Below are positions 1 through 10,460 of a stretch of 64,000 nt of DNA, in pieces. This DNA comes from Acidobacteriota bacterium. GTDB taxonomy: Bacteria; Acidobacteriota; UBA890; WLXD01. Below the pieces are notes generated by a model that did not search any database, was not told where the DNA came from, and was given only the letters and a program-made list of their open reading frames with translations. Every line of letters begins with the position of its first letter. The first letter of the stretch is position 1. A program made the translations under genes and the position numbers. Location: positions 992,001 through 1,056,000 of the forward strand of contig CAXWPL010000004.1 in assembly GCA_963666215.2 (NCBI GenBank). Direction: 5' to 3'.

Positions 1-1545
<1,545 letters not shown>

Positions 1546-1677
1546 CCTTCCGGCCCCAGCAGTAGCCGACTAGCGCACAGCGATGGCGCGATAGACGTTG
1601 CCGTTGCCCGAGAATCGCGCTCGAACGCCGGTGTGCCGGCACCTCTGGTTGTGGTTCTTTGCGCTCATCGTCTAGAG

Positions 1678-1695
1678 TTGGTCAACCTTGACCAA
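1678..1695. promoter_or_regulatory. Perfect 8-2-8 palindrome, candidate operator
   Basis: TTGGTCAA-CC-TTGACCAA in intergenic DNA. Confidence 0.4.
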
Positions 1696-1908
1696 GTTGA
1701 AGCGATCGGGTAGCAAGACAGGAAACGCTATGGGACCGGTCCTTTGCAGCGCGGAAACTGAGAATTGAGCGTCGGTGACGGTTGACATCCGCTCGTCGTG
1801 GTCGACAAGAGCTCCGAGCGGGTGTTCGGCAGCGGCCGCATCTCGCGGCAGACGGCGAGCTCTTCCGCGCCCAGCAAGAACCGACTAGCAGTCCCAGGCC
1901 GGCGCTGC

Positions 1909-4458
1909 CTACCGAGCGCTGCTTTCGGAGATTCCGCGGTACACGGCGAGGGCTTCCTCGATAGCCAACTCGTACGCGGCTTTGGACGCAGGCTTCACGA
2001 AGTGATCGCGCTCCTGCACTCGTCGCCACAGCTCCCGCACGGTTTCCATCAGGAAGCGCGCGTCTTCGGCCGAGGTGGCGCGCCGACCCTCGCGGGTGAC
2101 GTAGACGGGTGAAGTGTGGACGTACGGGTAGTGGTCGCCTACCCATCGATGTGGCGGGCCGACTGCTCGCGCGGCCACCCAGCCGCCGTCGGGAACGTCG
2201 ACCGCGACGCTGGACACAAGCCGCGTTCCGTCGCCTTCGGATGTCAGGGTGTGGACGACTTCGCCGTTAACCACGATCTCGACGCGGTCGATCGGGACCA
2301 TCGATACGAGCTCGATGCTCGCCTCGAGACTGCCGGTGTGGCTCGCGGCCAGATCGATCGTGGAACCGGGGTCCTGGCCGTCGAGCTGGAAGTAGAGCAG
2401 CGGGCCGCTGGTGGCGAAGGTGCGGCCGTTGCGGATTCCGTCGAGCCAGCGCGCATAGGTCAGCGGGCTGCTGCCGCCCTCGCCGTCATCCCGAGCCCGG
2501 TCCAGGATTTTTACATAGACCCGGGCGGTGCCCGGTGACGGGTCGAGCCAGACGTCCGAGAAGTTGTCGGTGCCGCCGGTGGCGGTCAGACGGAAGCCGC
2601 AGTTGAGGAAGCGGTAGTACATCTCGGTCGTGGCGTCCTCCCGCGAGGCGATGCTGACCACGTCGTAGAAGTCGGCGCGGCCGAGCGCCACGTGCACCGG
2701 GATGTCGGCGCCGGCGGCCTGCTCGACGGTGTCGACAGGGCCGTTGTAGGGGTGCACGAAGCCGCCGAGGCCGCCCTGAGCGCGCGCCTTGTCGACATAG
2801 TCGAGCTTGAGCACATCCTCGGCGTGGGGAGTGCCGGGAGCGCCGCCGATCAGCGGCGTGATGAAGCGCTGCAGCCCGAGCATGCCGACGTGGCTGAAAG
2901 AGCCGCGGAACTCCTGCGTGTAGAAGAGGATGTTCTCTGGGGTCGACAGAACGCTGGGCTCGCCGGTCAGGTCTTCCCAGCGGCCCATGAGCCGGGTTCC
3001 GTCCATGTGAATGAGGGCGTTGGTGACGTGCAGGTCGTCGGCCACGAGCTGGCCAAAGAACTCCTCGCGCGTCAGCCCTTGGCGGCCCTGGTGCAGGTCG
3101 TGGGAGTGGGTGTCGCCAGAGAACCAGCCGCGCGCGGGGGCGTCGTCGAGGCGCTCGAGCTGGGTGGTGATGATGGCCGTGCTGCTGGCAGCGATGTCGA
3201 CGGTCCGCACCACCGGCTGGTATTCGAATCCGCGCGTGACTTCAATGCGCGCCTCTCCTTCGGGCAGCTCGAGCTCGAATCCGTCCTCGGCGTCGAGGCT
3301 GTGGAAGTAGTCGGCCCCCCGGCTCCAGGTGCGGCGGTAGAAGCCTCCCTGCGGGGCGTAGCCACGCCCATCGGCTCCGGTCACCCACACACGAGCCGGG
3401 GTTGGCACGCCGTTGGCGCCGAGCACGCGGCCCGACAGGCGGCCCATGGGCACGCGCCAGCGCCAATCGTCGATCGAGACGGCCTCCCAAAGGCCGCCCT
3501 TGCCACCGCCGCCGGCCGGCATGGTGAACAGACGCATCGCGCCGTTGCGGTTGGAGACGAAGGCAATGCGTTCGCCGTCGGGGCTCGGAGTCGGTGAAAG
3601 CTCGTGCCCGGGTGTCCAGGTCAGTCGGACCGGCGCCCCGCCCGAGGTGGCAGATGCGTCGACGCCGGAGCCGGCGCCGACGGGGAACAACATGATGTCG
3701 TTCGAGCCGGTGTTCTCCGTGACGTAGAGCAACGCTCGACCGTCGGGAGCCCACGTCGGGGCGGCGCGGTATTCGGTTTCCTCGTAGTGGACCAGCACGG
3801 GCTCAGCGGCAGCGTTGCCAGCGTTGTCGAGCCGCAATATCCACAGGCCGCCCGTTCCCGGCCGTCCCGCCACCGGCGAGACGTAAGCCAGCCACCGACC
3901 ATCGGGCGAGACGGCCGGTTGGATTTGATTGCCTCGTCCGGCAGCGACGGGAGTGAGGGCTCGACTCGAGAGCTCGAGCCGGTAGATGTCGAGGCTGCCC
4001 TCGCGGCGGCTCGCGAAGTAGAGGCTGTCGCCGTTCGGGTGCCAGGCAGGTTGCAGGTCGTAGTCGGGATGATCGGTGAGCCGCTCGATGTGGCTGCCGG
4101 CGGCGTCGATCAGCCCGATCTCGTAGTCGCGTTCACCACTGTCGTAGGTCAGCGCGATGTGCTGCCCGTCGGGGCTCCAGGCGGGCTCGGCGTGGTAGCT
4201 CCGCCCGCGCGTTAGCGCCGTCGCGCGCCCGCCCTCTGGCGCGATGGTCCAGATCTCACCACGGGCCGCGAAGGCGATGGTGCTGCCGTCGGGACTCCAG
4301 TCGGGGTCCATCGGACCGGTCGAGACCGGCGGCAGACCATGAAACTCGAGCCGCCCCGGTGTGACGCCCGCCGGGAACTGCGCCCCGAGGCAGGCGAGCA
4401 GCAGCAGCGAGCTCAAACAGCGTGAACGGACGGACAGCATGATTCTCGCAGTGGACAC
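1909..4458 (-). CDS. Secreted TolB/PD40-repeat protein fused to CehA/McbA-like (PHP-like) metallohydrolase
   Basis: Signal peptide; repeated PxWSPDG motifs; GWFSGDTHSH, GFVHP and GGTDNF metal-binding motifs. Confidence 0.8.
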   Translation of the reverse strand: MSTARIMLSVRSRCLSSLLLLACLGAQFPAGVTPGRLEFHGLPPVSTGPMDPDWSPDGSTIAFAARGEIWTIAPEGGRATALTRGRSYHAEPAWSPDGQHIALTYDSGERDYEIGLIDAAGSHIERLTDHPDYDLQPAWHPNGDSLYFASRREGSLDIYRLELSSRALTPVAAGRGNQIQPAVSPDGRWLAYVSPVAGRPGTGGLWILRLDNAGNAAAEPVLVHYEETEYRAAPTWAPDGRALLYVTENTGSNDIMLFPVGAGSGVDASATSGGAPVRLTWTPGHELSPTPSPDGERIAFVSNRNGAMRLFTMPAGGGGKGGLWEAVSIDDWRWRVPMGRLSGRVLGANGVPTPARVWVTGADGRGYAPQGGFYRRTWSRGADYFHSLDAEDGFELELPEGEARIEVTRGFEYQPVVRTVDIAASSTAIITTQLERLDDAPARGWFSGDTHSHDLHQGRQGLTREEFFGQLVADDLHVTNALIHMDGTRLMGRWEDLTGEPSVLSTPENILFYTQEFRGSFSHVGMLGLQRFITPLIGGAPGTPHAEDVLKLDYVDKARAQGGLGGFVHPYNGPVDTVEQAAGADIPVHVALGRADFYDVVSIASREDATTEMYYRFLNCGFRLTATGGTDNFSDVWLDPSPGTARVYVKILDRARDDGEGGSSPLTYARWLDGIRNGRTFATSGPLLYFQLDGQDPGSTIDLAASHTGSLEASIELVSMVPIDRVEIVVNGEVVHTLTSEGDGTRLVSSVAVDVPDGGWVAARAVGPPHRWVGDHYPYVHTSPVYVTREGRRATSAEDARFLMETVRELWRRVQERDHFVKPASKAAYELAIEEALAVYRGISESSAR

Positions 4459-4564
4459 GATTGTCGACGGCGTGGCAAGTGCTCAGTCACGAGCGTGGCT
4501 CTGCGGCACTACTGGGAAACGACCCGGGCGCGACTCGCGGCAAGCACCGGGCGTCCTGAGCAAG

Positions 4565-4594
4565 AAAAAAGGGCGACCCGCAGGCGGGCCGCCC
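4565..4594 (-). terminator. Rho-independent terminator for the minus-strand paralog pair
   Basis: Minus strand reads GGGCGGCCCG-CCTG-CGGGTCGCCC then TTTTTT, about 27 nt after the stop at 4621. Confidence 0.8.
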
Positions 4595-4620
4595 TTCTCA
4601 TTCCGTGTCGGTAGCGAACG

Positions 4621-5508
4621 CTACCGCATGAACGCGATGCCGTTGACGCCACCGGGCAGGTCGCCGTGCTTGGTCACCTGACACGTGTCGGGGTCGAGCG
4701 AGCCCAGGTAGTCCGACAGCTGGTCGTTGCCCCAGTTGTTCGAGACCTTCACGAACAGCGTGCCGTCGTCCGAGAAGGTCATGCCACCGATCCGCGAGTA
4801 GTCCGGATCGGCGGTCGGATAGCTGACCTCACAGCCGTGCTTCTTGATTTTGCCGCTGTGGAGCTTGAGCTGGCCGAACACGGTCTGATGCCCGTTACTG
4901 CTACTCGAGTCGCCCTGGCTAACGAAGATCTTTTTGCCGCGGGCCGCGATTGCCAGCGGATTGCCGTCGACGGGACTCTCGACGGCGATCGGGTTCCGAT
5001 TGTTGCCCTTCTTGGTGACGCGACTGACGGCCGCGACGTCGCCGCAACAGTTTCCGGTGATCCCTGTGTTCGAGTCGGTCGCCCAGAGCTTCTTGCCGCG
5101 GAAATCCATGTCCTCGACGCCGTTCGGGCACTTGTCAATGTTCGTGTCGCCGGCGGCGTAAACGCCCGCGCATCTTGACCCGAGGTCTTCGACGTCACCC
5201 GTGGCGACATTGACCCGGAACAGGCGGAAGTCGTACGTGTCGCCGGGGTCGTCAACGTCTTGTTTGTTGGTGCCTTGCGTGAAGCAGTAGCCGTTGCGGC
5301 AGGCGAGGTTGCCGAAGCGACCCAGTGCGCTGTTGATCTGCGCCACCGTGCCCAGGATGGTGCCGTCCGCCGGGTCGATCTCGACAACGAGGCCACCGGT
5401 GTTGGTGACGGCTCCGAGGATGCCGTAGAGCTGTTGGGCGTGTGCGGGGGCCACCAGCATCAACGCCACCGCGCAAGTTAGCGAGAGAGCAAGTCGTTTG
5501 CGAAGCAT
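4621..5508 (-). CDS. Secreted Cys-rich probable beta-propeller protein, paralog 1
   Basis: ATG at 5508 preceded by AAGGAG; signal peptide ending AHA/Q; C-terminal GIAF blade-like end; roughly 80% identical by eye to the neighbouring ORF. Confidence 0.75.
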   Translation of the reverse strand: MLRKRLALSLTCAVALMLVAPAHAQQLYGILGAVTNTGGLVVEIDPADGTILGTVAQINSALGRFGNLACRNGYCFTQGTNKQDVDDPGDTYDFRLFRVNVATGDVEDLGSRCAGVYAAGDTNIDKCPNGVEDMDFRGKKLWATDSNTGITGNCCGDVAAVSRVTKKGNNRNPIAVESPVDGNPLAIAARGKKIFVSQGDSSSSNGHQTVFGQLKLHSGKIKKHGCEVSYPTADPDYSRIGGMTFSDDGTLFVKVSNNWGNDQLSDYLGSLDPDTCQVTKHGDLPGGVNGIAFMR

Positions 5509-5559
5509 GCAGAGATTCTCCTTGGATTCTGATGTGATCAAGCCGAGCGATGGCAAGCT

Positions 5560-6450
5560 CTACTGCATGAATGCGATGCTGTTGACGCCGCCGGGCAGGT
5601 CACCGATCTTGGTCACCTGACACGTGTCGCGATCGAGTGAGCCCAGGTAGTCTGCCAGCTCGTCGTTGCCCCAGTTGTTGGAGACCTTGACGAACAGCGT
5701 GTCGTCGTCCGAGAAGGTCATGCCACCGATCCGCGAGTAGTCCGGGTCGGCGGTCGGATAGCTGACCTCACAGCCGCCCTTCTTGATCTTGCCGCTGTGG
5801 AGCTTGAGCTGGCCGAACACGGTGTGATGCCCCCCGCAGCAGTCACTCGTGTCGCCCTGGCTGACGAAGATTTTCTTGCCGCGGGCCGCCATCGCCAGCG
5901 GACTGTTGTCGACGGAGTTTTCAACGGCGATCGGGTTCCGATTATTGCCCTTCTTGGTGACGCGACTGACGGCCCCCGCGTCGCTGCAACAGTTTCCGGT
6001 GATCCCTGAGTTCGAGTCGGCCGCCCAGAGCTTCTTGCCGCGGAAATCCATGTTCTCGACGCCGTTCGGGCACTTGTCAGTGTTTTTCTCGCTGCCGTCG
6101 AGGATGTCCGAGCATCTCGACCCGAGGTCTTCGACGTCACCCGTGGCGACGTTGACCCGGAAGAGGCGGAAGTCGTACGCGTCGCCGGGGACGTGGGCGT
6201 CTTGTTTGTCGGTGCCCTGCGTGTAGCAGTACCCGTTGCGACAGGCGAGGTTGCCGAAGCGGCCCAGGGCACTGTTGATCTGCGCCACGGGGCCCATGAT
6301 CGTGCCGGTTGCAGGGTCGATCTCGACCACGATGCCGCCGGTGTTGGTGCCGGCTCCGATGATGCCGTACAGCTCCTGCGCGTGTGCCGCGCCCACCAGC
6401 AAGAAAGCCAGCGCGCTGACCGCGAACAGGGTGAGGATTCTCGAGCGTAT
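5560..6450 (-). CDS. Secreted Cys-rich probable beta-propeller protein, paralog 2 (apparent ATA start)
   Basis: AAGGAG-N8-ATA at 6450 is in frame and gives a full signal peptide RSRILTLFAVSALAFLLVGAAHA; the ORF track begins at TTG 6402. Confidence 0.7.
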   Translation of the reverse strand: MRSRILTLFAVSALAFLLVGAAHAQELYGIIGAGTNTGGIVVEIDPATGTIMGPVAQINSALGRFGNLACRNGYCYTQGTDKQDAHVPGDAYDFRLFRVNVATGDVEDLGSRCSDILDGSEKNTDKCPNGVENMDFRGKKLWAADSNSGITGNCCSDAGAVSRVTKKGNNRNPIAVENSVDNSPLAMAARGKKIFVSQGDTSDCCGGHHTVFGQLKLHSGKIKKGGCEVSYPTADPDYSRIGGMTFSDDDTLFVKVSNNWGNDELADYLGSLDRDTCQVTKIGDLPGGVNSIAFMQ

Positions 6451-6809
6451 GAACTGTGCTCCTTCTGATGTGGAACGATGTGGGCACGGGCGATTCTGTA
6501 CCCGAGTGTTGACTCAGTACAGGTGGCCGAGCGACGACGCTTCCAGGCTCCCAGACCGCTGGCACCAGGCCGTATTTCTAGCATGACCGGTCGATATTAG
6601 CAATGCTGGCGTAGTCATTACGATCAAGACATAGCAGCACTTCGCATGGAATACCCATGGCCATCCAAGCACAGAAAAAGGAGGTGATCCGCAGACCGAT
6701 CGCCCCTTCAATTCGTGCCGACAGCAAGCGCGCAGGCCATTACCAGACTGGGTAGTCTGAGGTGCAAGAGAAACTCCTCCAGTTTGGTTGCGGGTCATGC
6801 CAAGAGAAC

Positions 6810-6936
6810 CCGGGCCACCGTCGAGGTCCGCTGGCCGGGCGGAGCCACCGAGACCTTCGAGGACGTCGTGGCCGGCTCCCAGGTTCTACTGGTAGAGGGT
6901 AGCGGCATCGTCGCCACAAGGCGCCTTGGCCAATGA
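6810..6936 (+). pseudogene. C-terminal remnant of an ASPIC/UnbV (CRTAC1-like) protein
   Basis: ATVEVRWPGGATETFEDVVAGSQVLLVEGSG resembles the ASPIC C-terminus; no upstream body of the gene. Confidence 0.55.
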
Positions 6937-7100
6937 CCACTCGGTTCGTTCTCGAGCGACGAGTCGGTGGAGTCGACGCAGACGATGATGTGTCTCGGAG
7001 CCCTCGACCAACGGTCGGGCGTGGGCGTCACACACCTATCACAGCAAATGCGAAGAAATGAGCCAAGGCCCGTTCTTCTCTAACAACCGGAGGGTTGACC

Positions 7101-7493
7101 ATGTCGTTCCGTCACCTAACGCTCACCGTAATCGCGGCTCTGATCGTCACCGCCGGTGCCATCAGCGGGTTCGCCACGGCGCAGGAAGGGCACGACGCCT
7201 TCCTCGGATCCTGGGAGATGACGACTGCCTTCCAGGGGCAGGAGATCCCGGCGACGATGACCCTCTCTATAGAAGAGGGCAAGCTCGTTGGCGTGTGGGC
7301 CAGCCAGGGGGGCGAAATGACGATGGCCGACCTGGTTGTCGAAGGCGCCAAGCTCACCTTCTCTCGCTCGATGGGTCGGGGCGGGCAGCAGCTGCAGTTC
7401 GAGGGCACGCTCGAGGGTGACGAGATCAACGGAAAGTACGTCACCGGGATGGGCGAGATGGTGTGCACCGGAAAGCGCAAGCAGGAGAGCTAG
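7101..7493 (+). CDS. Secreted hypothetical beta-rich protein
   Basis: GGAGG before ATG 7101; signal peptide ending ATA/Q; FLGSWEMT start of mature domain. Confidence 0.7.
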   Translation: MSFRHLTLTVIAALIVTAGAISGFATAQEGHDAFLGSWEMTTAFQGQEIPATMTLSIEEGKLVGVWASQGGEMTMADLVVEGAKLTFSRSMGRGGQQLQFEGTLEGDEINGKYVTGMGEMVCTGKRKQES

Positions 7494-7535
7494 GTAGCCC
7501 GATGCCCTCGATCGCACGGCAGGGGAAATAGCTTC

Positions 7536-8441
7536 GTGGGTTCCAGCGCGTTGCCCTTGGGCCAACGCCTGGTCGCCGGGGCTCCGCTCCTCCTGGATGG
7601 CCCCATGGGCACCGAGCTGACGCGGCGTGGGGTCCAAACCACGTTGCCCCTGTGGTCGGCGCTGGCGCTGATCGAGTGCCCCGACGCCGTGCGCGACATT
7701 CACCTCGAGTACGTGAACGCCGGCACGGAGGTCATCACAACCAACACGTTCCGTACACACCGTCGCTCGCTCGACAAGGGCGGCGTGAGCGACCGCGCGG
7801 AGGAGCTCACCGCGATGGCCGTTCGGCTGGCGCGCGAGGCCATCGATGGAGCCCCCGGCAACGCAAGCTCAGCCTGGGTGGCCGGTTCGATTGCGTCACT
7901 CGAGGATTGTTATTCGCCCGACCTGACTCCCGACGACACGCGCCTGCAACGCGAGCACGAGGAGATTGCCTCGACGCTGGCTGCTTGCGGCGTCGACGTG
8001 CTGCTGGTCGAGACCATGCCGACTATTCGTGAGGCCGCCGCGGCCACCCGAGCGGCGGTCGCCACCGGCCTTCCGGTGTGGACCGGATTCGCCTGCGACA
8101 CACGTGGACGTTTGATCTCGGGCGAGGCCGTCGCCGACGCCGCCACGGCGGTAGAAGCGCTCGGCGCCCAAGCCTTGCTGATCAACTGCACGCCGACGCA
8201 TGGGTTGCACCGAGCTCTGAGCCAGCTGGCGGCCGCTTCGGAGCTGCCGATTGGCGCCTACGGCAACGTGGGTCACAGCGAGGACGATCAGGGCTGGACG
8301 CTCACCGATGCGATCGGGCCGCAGAAGTACGCCGAGTACGCGGCACGGTGGCTTGATTTGGGCTCGCGCATCGTCGGCGGCTGCTGCGGCACGACGCCGG
8401 CCCATACGGCGGCATTGAAGCGGTTGCTCAGCAGGGCCTGA
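7536..8441 (+). CDS. Homocysteine S-methyltransferase family protein (MmuM-like)
   Basis: LLDGPMGTEL, TTNTF, INC and GGCCGTTPAH zinc-binding motif. Confidence 0.9.
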   Translation: MGSSALPLGQRLVAGAPLLLDGPMGTELTRRGVQTTLPLWSALALIECPDAVRDIHLEYVNAGTEVITTNTFRTHRRSLDKGGVSDRAEELTAMAVRLAREAIDGAPGNASSAWVAGSIASLEDCYSPDLTPDDTRLQREHEEIASTLAACGVDVLLVETMPTIREAAAATRAAVATGLPVWTGFACDTRGRLISGEAVADAATAVEALGAQALLINCTPTHGLHRALSQLAAASELPIGAYGNVGHSEDDQGWTLTDAIGPQKYAEYAARWLDLGSRIVGGCCGTTPAHTAALKRLLSRA

Positions 8442-8587
8442 CGAACAGTCTCTCGCCAGTCATGGCGCTGCCCCCGGCTTTCACCACCGCGAGTTGCCGC
8501 CCTGTTTCTGACTGTTGGGCGCTCGCCTCCGCGTTTCTGAAACGCCCCCCACGCCTACTCGCCTGGCGCTGACTCGGCCGGCGTCGG

Positions 8588-9649
8588 CTAGTCGGTGCCG
8601 CTCTCGAAGCGAATCGCCAGCTCGACGTCTCGTTTCGAGCCCATGTACAACGGCACCCGCTGGTGCAGGTCGTTGGCTTCGATGTCGAGGATGCGGTGGG
8701 AGCCGGTGGATGCCATGCCGCCTGCCTGCTCGATGACAAGCGCCATCGGGTTGGCCTCGTAGAGCAACCGCAGCTTGCCGTTGGGCGTGGTCTCGGTGGC
8801 TGGATACATGAAGAGGCCGCCGTACAGAAGGGTTCGGTGAATGTCGGCCACCATCGAGCCAACGTAGCGCGACGAGTAGGTTTTGCCGTTCTCGTCGGGT
8901 GTTTGCATGTGGTCGATAAGGCGGCGCGTGCTCGGGAAGAGCAGCTGCCGATAGCCCTCGTTGCACGAGTAGATCTTCCTGCCGGGTAGCGGGATCTGCA
9001 CCGCTGGCTCCGAGAGCAGGAACTCGCCAATGCCCGGGTCGAGCGTAAACGCGTGCACGCCCTTGCCGGTTGTGTAGACCAGCATCGTGCTCGAGCCGTA
9101 GGCCACGTAGCCGGCTGCCAGCTGCTCGCTGCCCTTGCGTAGCAGGTCTTCCATTGTTCCCGCACCGCCGAAGTCGTTCTTCCTCTTGTAGACCGAGAAA
9201 ATCGACCCCACCGTGACGTTGACGTCGATGTTCGAAGAGCCGTCGAGCGGGTCGAACAGCAGCACGTAGTCGCCACACGTGAACTTCGGCGGAATCGGGA
9301 TCGGCTCGTCATGCTCCTCCGACGCCATGATGCACAGCCTACCGCCGTGATCGAACGTCTTGATGAAGCAGTCGTCGGCGAACTCGTCGAGCTTCTGTAC
9401 ATATTCATCGTGGACATTCGTGTCGCCTGTTTCGCCCAGGATGTCGACCAGCCCGGCTTTGTTGACTTCCCGCGCAATCAGCTTCGCCGTCAGCGCGATG
9501 TCGTACAGCACTTCCGAGAGCGGCCCGGTGGCCTCAGGCTGCACACCCTGTTGGTCGAGGATGAACCGCTCAATTGTCACGACCCGATTCGGGCGCATCA
9601 CGATTGGTGCTTTGAAGGCAGAAACCGGCGGACGGAGAGGGTCGGACAT
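8588..9649 (-). CDS. fbp: Fructose-1,6-bisphosphatase class 1
   Basis: FDPLDGSSNIDVN, RYVGSMVADIHRTL, GKLRLLYEANPMA. Confidence 0.96.
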   Translation of the reverse strand: MSDPLRPPVSAFKAPIVMRPNRVVTIERFILDQQGVQPEATGPLSEVLYDIALTAKLIAREVNKAGLVDILGETGDTNVHDEYVQKLDEFADDCFIKTFDHGGRLCIMASEEHDEPIPIPPKFTCGDYVLLFDPLDGSSNIDVNVTVGSIFSVYKRKNDFGGAGTMEDLLRKGSEQLAAGYVAYGSSTMLVYTTGKGVHAFTLDPGIGEFLLSEPAVQIPLPGRKIYSCNEGYRQLLFPSTRRLIDHMQTPDENGKTYSSRYVGSMVADIHRTLLYGGLFMYPATETTPNGKLRLLYEANPMALVIEQAGGMASTGSHRILDIEANDLHQRVPLYMGSKRDVELAIRFESGTD

Positions 9650-9823
9650 GAGCGGGCCTCGGAAGCGCGATGTTGAGTGTCTTGAAACGCGATGGCGGAG
9701 TCGCAGCTGCGATTCTACGCGAGATTCCCAGGTCTGCGGCGGCTCAACCCGCTGAATTCAAAGCCCAGGCCGAACAAATAGGATGGGCTGCACTCGCGTA
9801 CTACCGACACCCGGAGAGGCCTG

Positions 9824-10396
9824 ATGAATCGACCGAATCTGCACAAGTTCGCCGCGTTTGTCTCCGTTCCGATGCTGCTTGCCGCGCTCAGCGGTTGCGT
9901 CGGGCGCGCCATCAGCGAGACGGTGGGTGTTGTCCGCGGCGCCAGCGGTATCTACGTGCCAATTCAGCAGTTCAAGAAGTATCTCGACGACTACCCGCGC
10001 TTCATCATCGGCGAGATCACCGACGACTTTGCTGGCCAGGTGCCGCAGGAATTCTGGCTCGAGCTGCCGCACGCCTTCGATCGCGAGCTCCGTGAGCGCA
10101 ACATCCCGAATGGCACCAGCGGCAATCGGGCCATCATCCGCGGCCGCGTGATCCACCTCGAGACCAACGCTCTTTCCGGTGTCATACTCGGTGACTTCGA
10201 GGAGGTCGTGGCCCGCGTCGAGCTGTACGACCCGCAGACTCAGGAGGTCATCGGCACCGCCAACGTCATCGGGCGTAGCGACGACTCGGTGAACCGCGGG
10301 CTGCGCAAGAAAGCCGAGGGCATGGCGAAAGGGCTGGCGGAGTGGATCGACTCCTACTACCCGAACGATCGCAAGCCGGCCAAGACCGAGAGCTAG
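9824..10396 (+). CDS. Putative lipoprotein (DUF4410-like)
   Basis: Lipobox LSGC after a hydrophobic stretch; GC-rich codon usage typical of real genes. Confidence 0.6.
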   Translation: MNRPNLHKFAAFVSVPMLLAALSGCVGRAISETVGVVRGASGIYVPIQQFKKYLDDYPRFIIGEITDDFAGQVPQEFWLELPHAFDRELRERNIPNGTSGNRAIIRGRVIHLETNALSGVILGDFEEVVARVELYDPQTQEVIGTANVIGRSDDSVNRGLRKKAEGMAKGLAEWIDSYYPNDRKPAKTES

Positions 10397-10460
10397 GCTC
10401 GAGACGCGCCGCCGATGCCTATCCGGTAACGAGGCACCGCCGTCGCATGCTGTCGGCAGA

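Noticed and set aside
4621-6450. Paralog pair as diversity-generating retroelement template and variable repeats
   Set aside because: Differences in the variable loop are not restricted to adenines, both copies are whole genes, and there is no reverse transcriptase in the window.
6678-6690. 16S rRNA gene fragment
   Set aside because: The match is limited to about 13-15 nt of the 3' tail, and the flanks do not continue as rRNA.
7536-8441. Link between the MmuM-like methyltransferase and selenium metabolism of the selenoprotein
   Set aside because: It lies 5 kb away with unrelated genes between, and the sequence alone cannot show Se specificity.
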